From: a virus
Taxonomy: Duplodnaviria; Caudoviricetes
DNA: 32,452 bases
Virus record (IMG/VR): IMGVR_UViG_3300037722_000588
Coordinates: 1 to 32,452 of that record
Strand: one strand, 5' to 3'
Shown: one piece after another, positions 17,149-25,540 of the stretch
How the letters are laid out: each line of letters opens with the position of its first letter
How positions within the stretch are numbered: position 1 is the stretch's first letter
Notes under the pieces: generated by a model
The model's input: only the letters and a program-made list of their open reading frames with translations
The model's database searches: none
What the model was told of the DNA's origin: nothing
Translations under genes and position numbers: made by a program

Positions 17149-18072
17149 GTGTACGTGAGTTTTGTAATGACGACTACTTTTAAGAATAAACTTAAAACCT
17201 GTAGAGGGATTCAAGTATATGATCAATCTAAGAAAGCTTATGAAACAATCGGAGGTTTTGATCAATATATGACCTATACTAAAGGCTTTTTAGCCAAACA
17301 TCAAGTAAAATCTCACCAGTATACCAGTAAACCGTCTCTAGCGGATGAGTTGTTGGTTCGCTCGTTGGCTCTTCGCTGGGGAGAGGCGAGGTTCATGGTA
17401 GAGTCGGAGAGGTTTTTAAGTTTTTATAAGAACCTAACCCCTAGGGGAAAGATGTTCTATGAGTACCTTATCTATCTATCTGAGGAGAACAATGCTTCTA
17501 CGGTTACTGTTTCACAGCAGTACCTTGCCGAGTTGACGGAGAGTGATAGGGGCTGGTTGGGATTGATGGGTGTAGAACTCCACGCCACTGGTTTAGTGAG
17601 AAAGAACAAGCCTACCTATTACAACCTTGGGGGAAGAACGCGCAAGGTTCCACGCATAAAGAAGAAGATTACTGATCTGGACTTTGACTATAGGTATGAA
17701 AAAGGAAGCCGTAGGAATAAGCCTACATCGTTCTATATAAACCCTACCTACAAAGCACTCTATATAGCACTGGGAGTGCGCAGTGTGCTTAAGGCCTTTG
17801 AGGGAGTGCCCAACTTCCTACAATTCATATGTACAATATCTAAAAAAACCTTTGTAACTTTATTGTCAAATGGACAGGGTTATTTTAAGGCTCTTCAAAA
17901 ACTCTACACAAGAGTAAATGACTTTTATTTTAGAGACTCCAACAAAGGGAATGACATGGTAAATGGCATCACCGATAGTCCTGTAACGGAAGGAGTAAAA
18001 GATTTTGACCCAGAAAATGCAACACCAGACGAAATCAATGCTTATCTCATGCAGAAGTATGGCGTCTCATAA
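17149..18072 (+). CDS. Putative winged-HTH DNA-binding / replication initiator-like protein (start uncertain, possibly 17269)
   Basis: LTPRGKMFYEYLIYL...VSQQYLAELT..R.......EL...GLV resembles initiator wHTH domains; adjacent to the helicase. Confidence 0.4.
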   Translation: MYVSFVMTTTFKNKLKTCRGIQVYDQSKKAYETIGGFDQYMTYTKGFLAKHQVKSHQYTSKPSLADELLVRSLALRWGEARFMVESERFLSFYKNLTPRGKMFYEYLIYLSEENNASTVTVSQQYLAELTESDRGWLGLMGVELHATGLVRKNKPTYYNLGGRTRKVPRIKKKITDLDFDYRYEKGSRRNKPTSFYINPTYKALYIALGVRSVLKAFEGVPNFLQFICTISKKTFVTLLSNGQGYFKALQKLYTRVNDFYFRDSNKGNDMVNGITDSPVTEGVKDFDPENATPDEINAYLMQKYGVS

Positions 18073-18092
18073 CAAAACTTATGTAAACAATG

Positions 18093-19769
18093 CTACTTCT
18101 CTAATTCTCGTGGCATAGGCGAGGACAGTGGTCGCTCACGCTTTTCTTTGCGTTTGAGGGCCATGAGTCGGCCTATTTCTACGGCAGCATGGGTTTTGGT
18201 TAGGTGGAGGTAGCTCGTTTGGGTGAGGTCGTAGAGCATTCTCTTTTGGCCAGCAGTCATAGGAATAGTGAGACCCTCTTGGAACCATGGTGCATTGCGG
18301 TTGGAAAGAGTAAAGTTGACTCCTACATCTTGGGCATCTATGACATATCTGTTAAGCGTTGCCTCATCAAGTTCAAGAACGCCCCCATGGACTTGTATGT
18401 GGTTATGGCCATTGTGTTCGGGGTCATGGCGATAAAGCCAGAGGGTGTAGAGACCAGTTCCCAAGTCTGATTTCACGAACTCCCATGTAGCTATTCTTTT
18501 GCCTTTTTCGTAGCGATAGCCGAGGGTGATCTCTTCTATAGGACTTATGGGTATCCAGAGAAGGTTGATAGGAGTTTTTCCCGCTCCTACAATATCAAAC
18601 TCGGTATCCTGTATGACTCGCTCTTTAGCCCGCAGCCGTTCTTCTTCCTCTTGTTGTAGTTCTTGTGGCGTCTTGTCTTTAATAACCTGTGCCTTGGGCA
18701 GCATGGATTTAAGATTGATAATCGTCTTAAGGTTGTGGAGGGAGTCGGATATATCAAGCACGAGACAATCCCTTTTTCCTTCATGGAGACGCAGGCCACG
18801 GCCTACGCACTGGATATAGAGAGTCTTTGATTTAGTGGGTCGTGCCATGACAATACATTCTATGGACGGCTCATCGAACCCTTCGGTAAGTACGCCGCAC
18901 GAGGTTAGCATCTGTACCTTTCCCTCATTAAACTGTTTAAGAGCGTCTTGACGTTGCTGTGGGCGCATGCCTCCCCATACGGCGAGAGCAGGTATACCAG
19001 CGTTCGTGTATTCAAGAGCAAGATTGATGCAGTGCTTTACGTTAACGCAGAACGTTACCCCCTTGCGTTTTGGGGCATGCTCAAGGTACTTGGCTACGAT
19101 GAGCTCATTGCGGTTGCTGGTGTCTACTTTGCGGGCAAGCATGTCCTGTTGGAAGTCTCCAGCGACTGTTTTCACATCATTCAGATCTATCTCGGTGCGT
19201 ATCTTTCTTCCCCGTACAGGCGAGAGATAGCCATCATTGATAAGCTCCTGTATCTCCTTGGTGTAGGTGATCTCCTCGAATATCTCATCCAGTGATCCCT
19301 TGTTCTCTCGATAGGGGGTTGCTGTTACCCCTACCATGAGCTTCGTCTTGTGCTTATGGAACCCCAGATGTTCTATGATCTTCTTGTAGCTTGGTGCGGT
19401 AGCGTGATGGGCTTCGTCTATGATGAGCAGATTAAACTTTTGCTTTTTAAGTTCCGTGAGCCGCTTGGGAGTCCTGCAGCTTTGTACTGAGCCAATGACT
19501 ACCTGAGCGCCATAGTCGGCATAATCACGCCATACAAATCCCGTCTGGGCTTCGGGCCAATATGACTTTATTTTGTCCTCTGCTTGATAGAGTAATTCCT
19601 GACGGTGGGCTAGCACTAATGCCCTACGTTTTGTCTTCTTGCACAACGCAGCAAATACAATAGTCTTGCCACTGCCTGTGGGTAAAACAATAAGTTGTTT
19701 AGTTACAGCATTGCGGTAGGCCTTTAGAATGGCTTTAAGGCTGTCCTCTTGGTACGGTCTTAGTTTCAT
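18093..19769 (-). CDS. SF2 DEAD/DEAH-box helicase (ResIII / Irc3 / RadD-like)
   Basis: LRPYQ, LPTGSGKT, DEAHH, TATP, LTEGFDEP, YIQCVGRGLR; AAGGGAG RBS. Confidence 0.93.
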   Translation of the reverse strand: MKLRPYQEDSLKAILKAYRNAVTKQLIVLPTGSGKTIVFAALCKKTKRRALVLAHRQELLYQAEDKIKSYWPEAQTGFVWRDYADYGAQVVIGSVQSCRTPKRLTELKKQKFNLLIIDEAHHATAPSYKKIIEHLGFHKHKTKLMVGVTATPYRENKGSLDEIFEEITYTKEIQELINDGYLSPVRGRKIRTEIDLNDVKTVAGDFQQDMLARKVDTSNRNELIVAKYLEHAPKRKGVTFCVNVKHCINLALEYTNAGIPALAVWGGMRPQQRQDALKQFNEGKVQMLTSCGVLTEGFDEPSIECIVMARPTKSKTLYIQCVGRGLRLHEGKRDCLVLDISDSLHNLKTIINLKSMLPKAQVIKDKTPQELQQEEEERLRAKERVIQDTEFDIVGAGKTPINLLWIPISPIEEITLGYRYEKGKRIATWEFVKSDLGTGLYTLWLYRHDPEHNGHNHIQVHGGVLELDEATLNRYVIDAQDVGVNFTLSNRNAPWFQEGLTIPMTAGQKRMLYDLTQTSYLHLTKTHAAVEIGRLMALKRKEKRERPLSSPMPRELEK

Positions 19770-19819
19770 GGGCTCCCTTTCCTGCAGGGAAGTTTATCAC
19801 ATTACTAGGAAGGAGGCGA

Positions 19820-20056
19820 ATGATCGACTATAAAAGACGCCAGTCTGAGCGTGATGATGACCAACCCACTCATGACTCGCCCTATAAACCCTACACACAC
19901 GAACACAGAGGCACTGAGAGCATCGACAAGGTAGCGGATACTATAAACACCTTCTATAAAAATAAAGAGCAGTACGAGGCGTTTGTGATGGCCGTAGGTA
20001 AGGATACGGCACTGAGATGGATGGCAAAGTTAATTGAGAGAGCTAACGAGGACTAA
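19820..20056 (+). CDS. Hypothetical protein
   Basis: 78 aa, AAGGAGG RBS. Confidence 0.65.
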   Translation: MIDYKRRQSERDDDQPTHDSPYKPYTHEHRGTESIDKVADTINTFYKNKEQYEAFVMAVGKDTALRWMAKLIERANED

Positions 20057-20061
20057 TAAAG

Positions 20062-20094
20062 ATACTTGACTATTTATATACAAGTATATAGAGT
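20062..20094 (+). promoter_or_regulatory. Sigma70-like promoter with overlapping palindromes
   Basis: TTGACT (20066-71), 17 nt, TAGAGT (20089-94); inverted repeats ATACTTG/CAAGTAT and TATATAC/GTATATA overlap it. Confidence 0.6.
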
Positions 20095-20175
20095 AGAGAG
20101 AGTAAAGAAAAGGCCACTGAGGAGACAGTGGCCCAATAATCAACACAACCAAACAGAATAAGGAAAGGTTTTGTC

Positions 20176-20493
20176 ATGTTGAATACTACAACAACAACCA
20201 CTACAACTCAACAACGAGTTTCTAAAAAGGAACGCTGGTTTCAGTTAGCCCAACGGGTACATGAGATCAGAGAAGTAACCAAACTCTACGAAGAAGAACG
20301 AGATCAGCTTATGACGGAGCTAAAAGAACTGTCTGATAATAAGAGTCTTGCTTACAAGGGGTTCTTTCTCGTGCGCTCTATGGCTAAGGGAAGGGTGGCG
20401 TACAAAGACATACCTCAACTCAAAGGGGTAAACCTTGATCTCTATCGTGGTAACCCCGTAGAGAGCTGGCGCTTAACCAAGGAGTCTCTATGA
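20176..20493 (+). CDS. Hypothetical protein (coiled-coil N-half)
   Basis: 105 aa, poly-Thr N-terminus, first gene after the promoter. Confidence 0.7.
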   Translation: MLNTTTTTTTTQQRVSKKERWFQLAQRVHEIREVTKLYEEERDQLMTELKELSDNKSLAYKGFFLVRSMAKGRVAYKDIPQLKGVNLDLYRGNPVESWRLTKESL

Positions 20494-20612
20494 AGCTCTA
20501 TGAAGTGCATTGTAGTCGTTGCGGATGGCTCTATTTCCCTGATGTATCAGAGTATAGCGTAACAACCTTCTGCCCACTCTGTGGCAGAGAGAACATTATT
20601 ATCAAGGAATAA
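20490..20612 (+). CDS. 40-aa zinc-ribbon protein (not in ORF track)
   Basis: MKLYEVHCSRCGW...FCPLCGRENIIIKE; AAGGAG RBS; ATGA overlap. Confidence 0.7.
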   Translation: MKLYEVHCSRCGWLYFPDVSEYSVTTFCPLCGRENIIIKE

Positions 20613-20615
20613 CCT

Positions 20616-20783
20616 ATGAAGAAAATAAAGATGGCCGTCTACCTTACTCCCAAGCAGAAGAAGATGCTTGATGAGCATTACGCCAATGCAATTAAGGACG
20701 GAGAAAAAAAGAACTACAGCGATATTATTGCTGAATCAGTTGAGGAACATATACAACGTTTAAACCAAGATAAGGAAGACTAA
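20616..20783 (+). CDS. 55-aa RHH-like DNA-binding protein (not in ORF track)
   Basis: MKKIKMAVYLTPKQKKMLDE...NYSDIIAESVEEHI; AAGGA RBS. Confidence 0.6.
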   Translation: MKKIKMAVYLTPKQKKMLDEHYANAIKDGEKKNYSDIIAESVEEHIQRLNQDKED

Positions 20784-20785
20784 CC

Positions 20786-21049
20786 ATGACCTTTAACACT
20801 AAGCTCCTCTACCACCTCTTCATAGCAGGTAGTTACACGGCAACGATGGTTGTAGATAAATTGGCAGGAGCAACAGGATCAACCGAACGCCTCTTCCTCC
20901 TCATACTCTGCTTGATGATCTTTTATTGCTGGGAGACGCTATGCGACATACTCATCGAACTTGAGATAACTACCCTTCACCACCAAGCCGCCCGACACGA
21001 ACGCTACCGTAAAAACTTTGAACGCCAAAAGAAAGAACCTAATGTTTAA
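20786..21049 (+). CDS. Small membrane protein
   Basis: Two hydrophobic segments and a basic C-terminus; AAGGA RBS. Confidence 0.55.
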   Translation: MTFNTKLLYHLFIAGSYTATMVVDKLAGATGSTERLFLLILCLMIFYCWETLCDILIELEITTLHHQAARHERYRKNFERQKKEPNV

Positions 21050-21470
21050 TTTTTTTAAAAAGAAGCCTGATATTGCTGCCTTCAAGAGAGACCTTGAACA
21101 CGGTTTCTATTGTCTTGAGCAGATCCAGAATATGAAAAAACAAGCAAAGAAATTTAATCAGACAACTATCAAGGTCAATATCGCACGCCACGAACTAGAA
21201 GATAAAGAAAGAGAGTTCTTTTCATTGAGCATGCAGCGCTTTATGGAACACGATAAGGTACTGAAACTCGCTCTGTCTTCCGCTCACTCACTAATAGATG
21301 AGATAATGCCTCACCTTAACGATGACGCCGACATACCCGATGAACTTCTTAGTGAAATGCAGGAACGCTGGGCGCCCCTCTATTCCAAGATTATTAAGGT
21401 GAAAGAAACCACGGAAGAATTTTTCGCCCTAGCTACCCATATGAGTGAGTGCTCGGAAATAGATCACTAA
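21042..21470 (+). CDS. Hypothetical helical protein
   Basis: The in-frame ATG at 21042 overlaps the upstream gene end and is preferred to TTG 21018. Confidence 0.6.
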   Translation: MFNFFKKKPDIAAFKRDLEHGFYCLEQIQNMKKQAKKFNQTTIKVNIARHELEDKEREFFSLSMQRFMEHDKVLKLALSSAHSLIDEIMPHLNDDADIPDELLSEMQERWAPLYSKIIKVKETTEEFFALATHMSECSEIDH

Positions 21471-21529
21471 CATGCATATCCTCTACTTCTTTGTCTAACA
21501 ACTCGACACACCACTCAATAATTTCTAAC

Positions 21530-21560
21530 CTCCTCCTAGCAGTAACCATACTAGGAGGAG
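21530..21560 (+). promoter_or_regulatory. RBS-sequestering hairpin upstream of rusA
   Basis: CTCCTCCTAG (21530-39) pairs perfectly with CTAGGAGGAG (21551-60), which contains the SD sequence. Confidence 0.7.
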
Positions 21561-21563
21561 TAC

Positions 21564-21971
21564 ATGAAACGATTAAAGAAGTACCATATACCCGTTTCAC
21601 CTATTGCATGGCAACGACCTCGACTAAACGGCCAACGATTCTACGACGCACAAACCCACGACAAACTAGCCTTCGGCCTCTACCTCAACCAACAACACGA
21701 CAACGAACCCCTATTTACCAACCCCATCCACATAACCATCTCATTCAATATAGAACGACCCCGCACCATCGCTAAACGAGAACAACTACCCTACCCATCC
21801 CGTAGACCAGACCTTGATAACTTTTGTAAATTTCTCCTCGACTCTATCCAAGGTGTACTTATAACCGATGATAAAATAGTATGCTCACTTACCGCTCATA
21901 AGCGGTATACCCGTGATGCTTCAATACTCATAGAAATAGAAGAGCTTGAATTAAATGAACAAAACGACTAA
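21564..21971 (+). CDS. rusA: RusA-family Holliday junction resolvase
   Basis: P..WQRPR..; RPDLDNFCKFLLDSIQGVLITDDKIV catalytic signature. Confidence 0.9.
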   Translation: MKRLKKYHIPVSPIAWQRPRLNGQRFYDAQTHDKLAFGLYLNQQHDNEPLFTNPIHITISFNIERPRTIAKREQLPYPSRRPDLDNFCKFLLDSIQGVLITDDKIVCSLTAHKRYTRDASILIEIEELELNEQND

Positions 21972-22521
21972 ACGAAAAAAAGTAAACCGTAGCACAGACT
22001 ATCTTCAACTGTCTCCTTTTTCCGATTTTATTGATTTTGATAGACAGAACGCCCTTATTCACTTCCCAAGCAAGGATCAATGGAGAGAGAGACTTTGCTA
22101 TGCGATGAGGGAATACCCTAATAGAGACGACGCTCTTACTGTTATGGGATTCTCTCGTTATATCAAGATACACCATGACACCATCTTGGATTGGGTGAGT
22201 AAGTACGATGATGTACGTGAAGCATATAAATATATGAAGATGGCTATAGCTGACAACAGACAGGTAGGCACTATGACCAAGAAGCTTAATGGTGAGTACG
22301 CCTATAGGGACATGTTTACCCTTATGCCTGGGTGGAAGGATGTAGACCGCTACCACGCAGATCTCAAGAAAGACACAGAACAGAAAGAAACTATTATTAA
22401 CGTTCATTTAACTAAACCTGAAGTAACCCCCAAGAAGGAAGGGAACCATGATACATTGGAGCAGCACGTGCAAGAGGACACAGGACGAGGTGATGGAGAA
22501 ACAGGTAACCAGTCTCCTTGA
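21955..22521 (+). CDS. Putative terminase small subunit (P22 gp3-like)
   Basis: TVMGFSRYIKIHHDTILDW..KYDDVREAY..MK..IADNR..G...KLN resembles the TerS HTH plus oligomerisation helices; upstream of TerL. Confidence 0.55.
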   Translation: MNKTTKRKKVNRSTDYLQLSPFSDFIDFDRQNALIHFPSKDQWRERLCYAMREYPNRDDALTVMGFSRYIKIHHDTILDWVSKYDDVREAYKYMKMAIADNRQVGTMTKKLNGEYAYRDMFTLMPGWKDVDRYHADLKKDTEQKETIINVHLTKPEVTPKKEGNHDTLEQHVQEDTGRGDGETGNQSP

Positions 22522-22660
22522 TGAAATAGAACGACTCAAGGCAATACAGGAGTACGCCGTCCATGAACTTGAGCAGGAGATACACCACCTCAAGAATAAA
22601 CTAAAGAAACACAAGGGACTTCCCGCTAAACGGGGGAGGAAACCTAAACCCAAGGAGTAA
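22448..22660 (+). CDS. Hypothetical coiled-coil protein (start may be ATG 22493)
   Basis: Coiled coil with a basic KRGRKPK tail; GAGGTG precedes ATG 22493. Confidence 0.55.
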   Translation: MIHWSSTCKRTQDEVMEKQVTSLLDEIERLKAIQEYAVHELEQEIHHLKNKLKKHKGLPAKRGRKPKPKE

Positions 22661-22661
22661 T

Positions 22662-22991
22662 ATGAAGCTCTATGAACAACAAGATGCATTTGCCCGTGAT
22701 GTAGCCAACCTCATTAAGTGGATACATGAAGGTGGCTACTCGGTAATCTTTCGGGAGGTCTATCGTACTCCTGAACTAGCAGCTCTCTATGCCCAGCAGG
22801 GTAAGAGTACACACGATAACCTCCACACCAAGAGCCTTGCAGTAGACCTCCATCTCTTTGACACGGATGGTAACCATCTCACCGACTCCAAGTACTATAA
22901 AGAGTTTGGTGCGTACTGGGAGGATCTACACCCCCTTAATAGATGGGGCGGCATTAAAGACAGTAAGCATTTCGAAAGACAGGAAGCATGA
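22662..22991 (+). CDS. M15-family peptidase (putative endolysin)
   Basis: E.YRT.E....Y...GKS...LH...LAVDL...WGG..D..HFE zinc-peptidase pattern. Confidence 0.85.
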   Translation: MKLYEQQDAFARDVANLIKWIHEGGYSVIFREVYRTPELAALYAQQGKSTHDNLHTKSLAVDLHLFDTDGNHLTDSKYYKEFGAYWEDLHPLNRWGGIKDSKHFERQEA

Positions 22992-23269
22992 AGAAAGAAC
23001 CAATAAGAACAGTTACCTCAGATGTGGCATACAAAGTACTCAATGAATACTTCGAACGACAGGATAAGAAGCAACTCGCCAATGTCGCCTCTACCCTTAC
23101 CTTGGATTTAAGCCAGTTTAAGGTGTTTGATAGGCTGCCCAAGGAGACACAGGAGAACCTTATATACCGCACTAATGTCTACCTAGCTGGCATAACGAGG
23201 CTTATAGAGGGAGAGAGGAAGGACATGGTATTGAAGGTTGGTTCGTTTGATTTAATAGAAGAGGCCTGA
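22988..23269 (+). CDS. Hypothetical protein
   Basis: 93 aa, ATGA coupling. Confidence 0.65.
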   Translation: MKKEPIRTVTSDVAYKVLNEYFERQDKKQLANVASTLTLDLSQFKVFDRLPKETQENLIYRTNVYLAGITRLIEGERKDMVLKVGSFDLIEEA

Positions 23270-23270
23270 T

Positions 23271-23831
23271 ATGAGCGTATTTAATGATATTAAGGACAAG
23301 GTAAGCATGGTTCACGTGCTTAGTAAGGTAGCAAACGTTCTCAAATTTGAAAGAAATAAACTGAATGAGGGTGAGTACTGTAGAACCACGTGTCCATTAT
23401 GCCATTCACCACGGGATAAGTTTGTTGTAGCTCTAAAAAAGAATATCTTCTACTGCTTTGACTGTGAGGCAATGGGCGATCCTGTGGCATTTGTTGCACA
23501 ATATAAGAAATTTAGCCCGCATGAAGCTGCTGTTTACCTTAATGAGACCTTTAACCTTGCTCTTGAAGAGAAGTTAGCCCAACTCAAGTCACCGGAACAA
23601 CCATTTGCTCAACCACTAGAGCAGGCAGCCCTTGAAGAACAGTTGGCTAATGAACTACGTGCTGTTATCAAGCCTATCAATGAGAAGTACAAAGATTTCT
23701 ACCACATCACCCTCATTACCCTTGTTGATATGAAAGAGATGTCATGCAATAAATGCACCGACGGGGAAATAAAATGCCAGTGCAGGAGAGCTGTGTTTAG
23801 CTATGAGAAGAGATACAAGGATGATAAGTAA
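23271..23831 (+). CDS. CHC2-type (primase) zinc-finger domain protein, no TOPRIM domain
   Basis: IKDKV.M..V...CPLCH...FYCFDC.A.GD.V.FV.......EA...L matches the DnaG zinc-binding domain. Confidence 0.8.
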   Translation: MSVFNDIKDKVSMVHVLSKVANVLKFERNKLNEGEYCRTTCPLCHSPRDKFVVALKKNIFYCFDCEAMGDPVAFVAQYKKFSPHEAAVYLNETFNLALEEKLAQLKSPEQPFAQPLEQAALEEQLANELRAVIKPINEKYKDFYHITLITLVDMKEMSCNKCTDGEIKCQCRRAVFSYEKRYKDDK

Positions 23832-23843
23832 AAGGATTAAAAA

Positions 23844-24074
23844 ATGAACGAGACTAAAAAATGCTATGTATGCGACGTTATTATTAATACTGATGATGAT
23901 TCACCACGGGGTACTATTATCTTTATCCATAAAGAGGGACAATTTGACGAGACACGCCTCGAGGCATGCTTCCTCTGCTATATGGAGTCTGTGCGCCGCA
24001 ATTTAGATGCTCTAAAGGTGTTTAATATGGAAGAGAGCCTTTTTCAGCAACCTCATATAGTACCGACAGAGTAA
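23844..24074 (+). CDS. Small CxxC-containing protein
   Basis: CYVC ... CFLC; AAGGA RBS. Confidence 0.6.
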   Translation: MNETKKCYVCDVIINTDDDSPRGTIIFIHKEGQFDETRLEACFLCYMESVRRNLDALKVFNMEESLFQQPHIVPTE

Positions 24075-24106
24075 CACATGAAAAAGTATAAAAGGGAGAC
24101 TCTTGA

Positions 24107-25468
24107 ATGAACGTAGAAACACAGGTAACCCTTGATCGTTTCCAGTTACGCTGGTATCAAGAGGAAGTCTTTGACGCTATTGAGACCGATGGTGTTAAAC
24201 GTGTGTTGTATGTGGCCGCAAGGCGCGCAGGCAAGGATGTCCTTGGATGGAACCTAGCCATACGTCAATGCATACGTAAGACATGCCTCGTGTTCTATGT
24301 ACTTCCTACCTACTCACAGGGCCGCAAGGCAGTGTTTGATGCGATTACTATAGACTCTATGAAGTTCCTCGACTTCCTTCCCTCAAAACTCGTGGCCTCT
24401 ATTAACCAAAGTGAAATGAAAATACGCTTCAAGAACGATAGCATCTTGCAGGTTATAGGCGGAGACTCCTATGATACCTCTCTTGTTGGTACTAACCCCT
24501 ACGCCGTCATACTCTCCGAGTACGCACTCATGCCGCCTGATATCTTCTCATTCATACGCCCTATCTTGGCAGCGAACGGGGGCTGGTGTCTGTTTGTTGG
24601 AACACCACGGGGCAAGAATCATATGTGGAGCCTTCATAAACTTGCTCAAGAACTACCCGAATGGAAGGTTTTTGTTCATCGAGCATCTGAAATACAGCAC
24701 ATTCCTGATGAAGTTCTCGCTCAGGAGCGGGCACAAATGAGTGAGGAACTCTATCTTCAAGAGTACGAGTGTTCCTATGAGCGTGGCATAGAGGGCAGTA
24801 TCTACGGCAGATACTTAGATAATCTTCGGCTAAAGACTCAGATTACCTCAGTCAACTGGGAACCATCAATGCTCGTATACACCGCATTCGACATAGGTGT
24901 GAACGATGCTACAACGATCATTTTTTATCAGCTTGTTGATTCAGGAAATGCCTCAATAAGGATTATAGATTGTTACTCGAACACGGGGCTCGGCATAGAT
25001 CACTATGTTAAATACATAAAAGACAAGCCCTATAACTACGCTACTCACTATGCCCCGCATGATATCAAGGTACGTGAATGGGGCGGTGGTGCTGTTACCC
25101 GTTACGAGAAGGCACGACAACTTGGTTTAACCTTCTCCCTTATAGAGCAAGTACCCCTTTGGGATGGTATAGAGAATGTTATGACCCACTTTCCCAAGTT
25201 CTGGATAGATGCTGAGAAGTGTCGTTCTCTTGTTGATGCGCTTGAAAACTATCAAAAGGAGTGGGATGAGGTGCGCCGTATCCATAAGACGAAGCCAATC
25301 CATAATTGGGCAAGTAACTACGCAGATAGTCTCCGTTATCTCTGTCTGTCTATTCATAAATCACGCAAGGGGCTAAGCGCAGAAGACTATGAGCGCAAGA
25401 AAAGGGAAGCCATGTATGGGCGCCAAGGAAACCTCCCCCGATTCTTTAACAGGGATCCTCGTTTCTGA
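24107..25468 (+). CDS. terL: Terminase large subunit
   Basis: Walker A-like ARRAGKD, Walker B ILSEYA, GTPRGKN coupling motif, QEYECS, nuclease DIGVNDAT and HNWASNYADSLRY. Confidence 0.93.
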   Translation: MNVETQVTLDRFQLRWYQEEVFDAIETDGVKRVLYVAARRAGKDVLGWNLAIRQCIRKTCLVFYVLPTYSQGRKAVFDAITIDSMKFLDFLPSKLVASINQSEMKIRFKNDSILQVIGGDSYDTSLVGTNPYAVILSEYALMPPDIFSFIRPILAANGGWCLFVGTPRGKNHMWSLHKLAQELPEWKVFVHRASEIQHIPDEVLAQERAQMSEELYLQEYECSYERGIEGSIYGRYLDNLRLKTQITSVNWEPSMLVYTAFDIGVNDATTIIFYQLVDSGNASIRIIDCYSNTGLGIDHYVKYIKDKPYNYATHYAPHDIKVREWGGGAVTRYEKARQLGLTFSLIEQVPLWDGIENVMTHFPKFWIDAEKCRSLVDALENYQKEWDEVRRIHKTKPIHNWASNYADSLRYLCLSIHKSRKGLSAEDYERKKREAMYGRQGNLPRFFNRDPRF

Positions 25469-25540
25469 AAGCTTGTTTTTATACTAGAGTCATGAGTAGA
25501 ATTTATTTAATGTTCTTTTTGAATAAAAAAGGAAGTAACG

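Noticed and set aside
18204-19295. Plus-strand ORFs within the helicase gene
   Set aside because: Antisense shadows of a well-supported helicase.
20185-20208. ACA/ACT trinucleotide run (poly-Thr)
   Set aside because: Imperfect in-frame low-complexity tract; no sign of phase variation.
21449-21775. 108-aa ORF overlapping rusA
   Set aside because: Alternative frame kept open by the A/C-rich composition; rusA has clear catalytic motifs and an SD.
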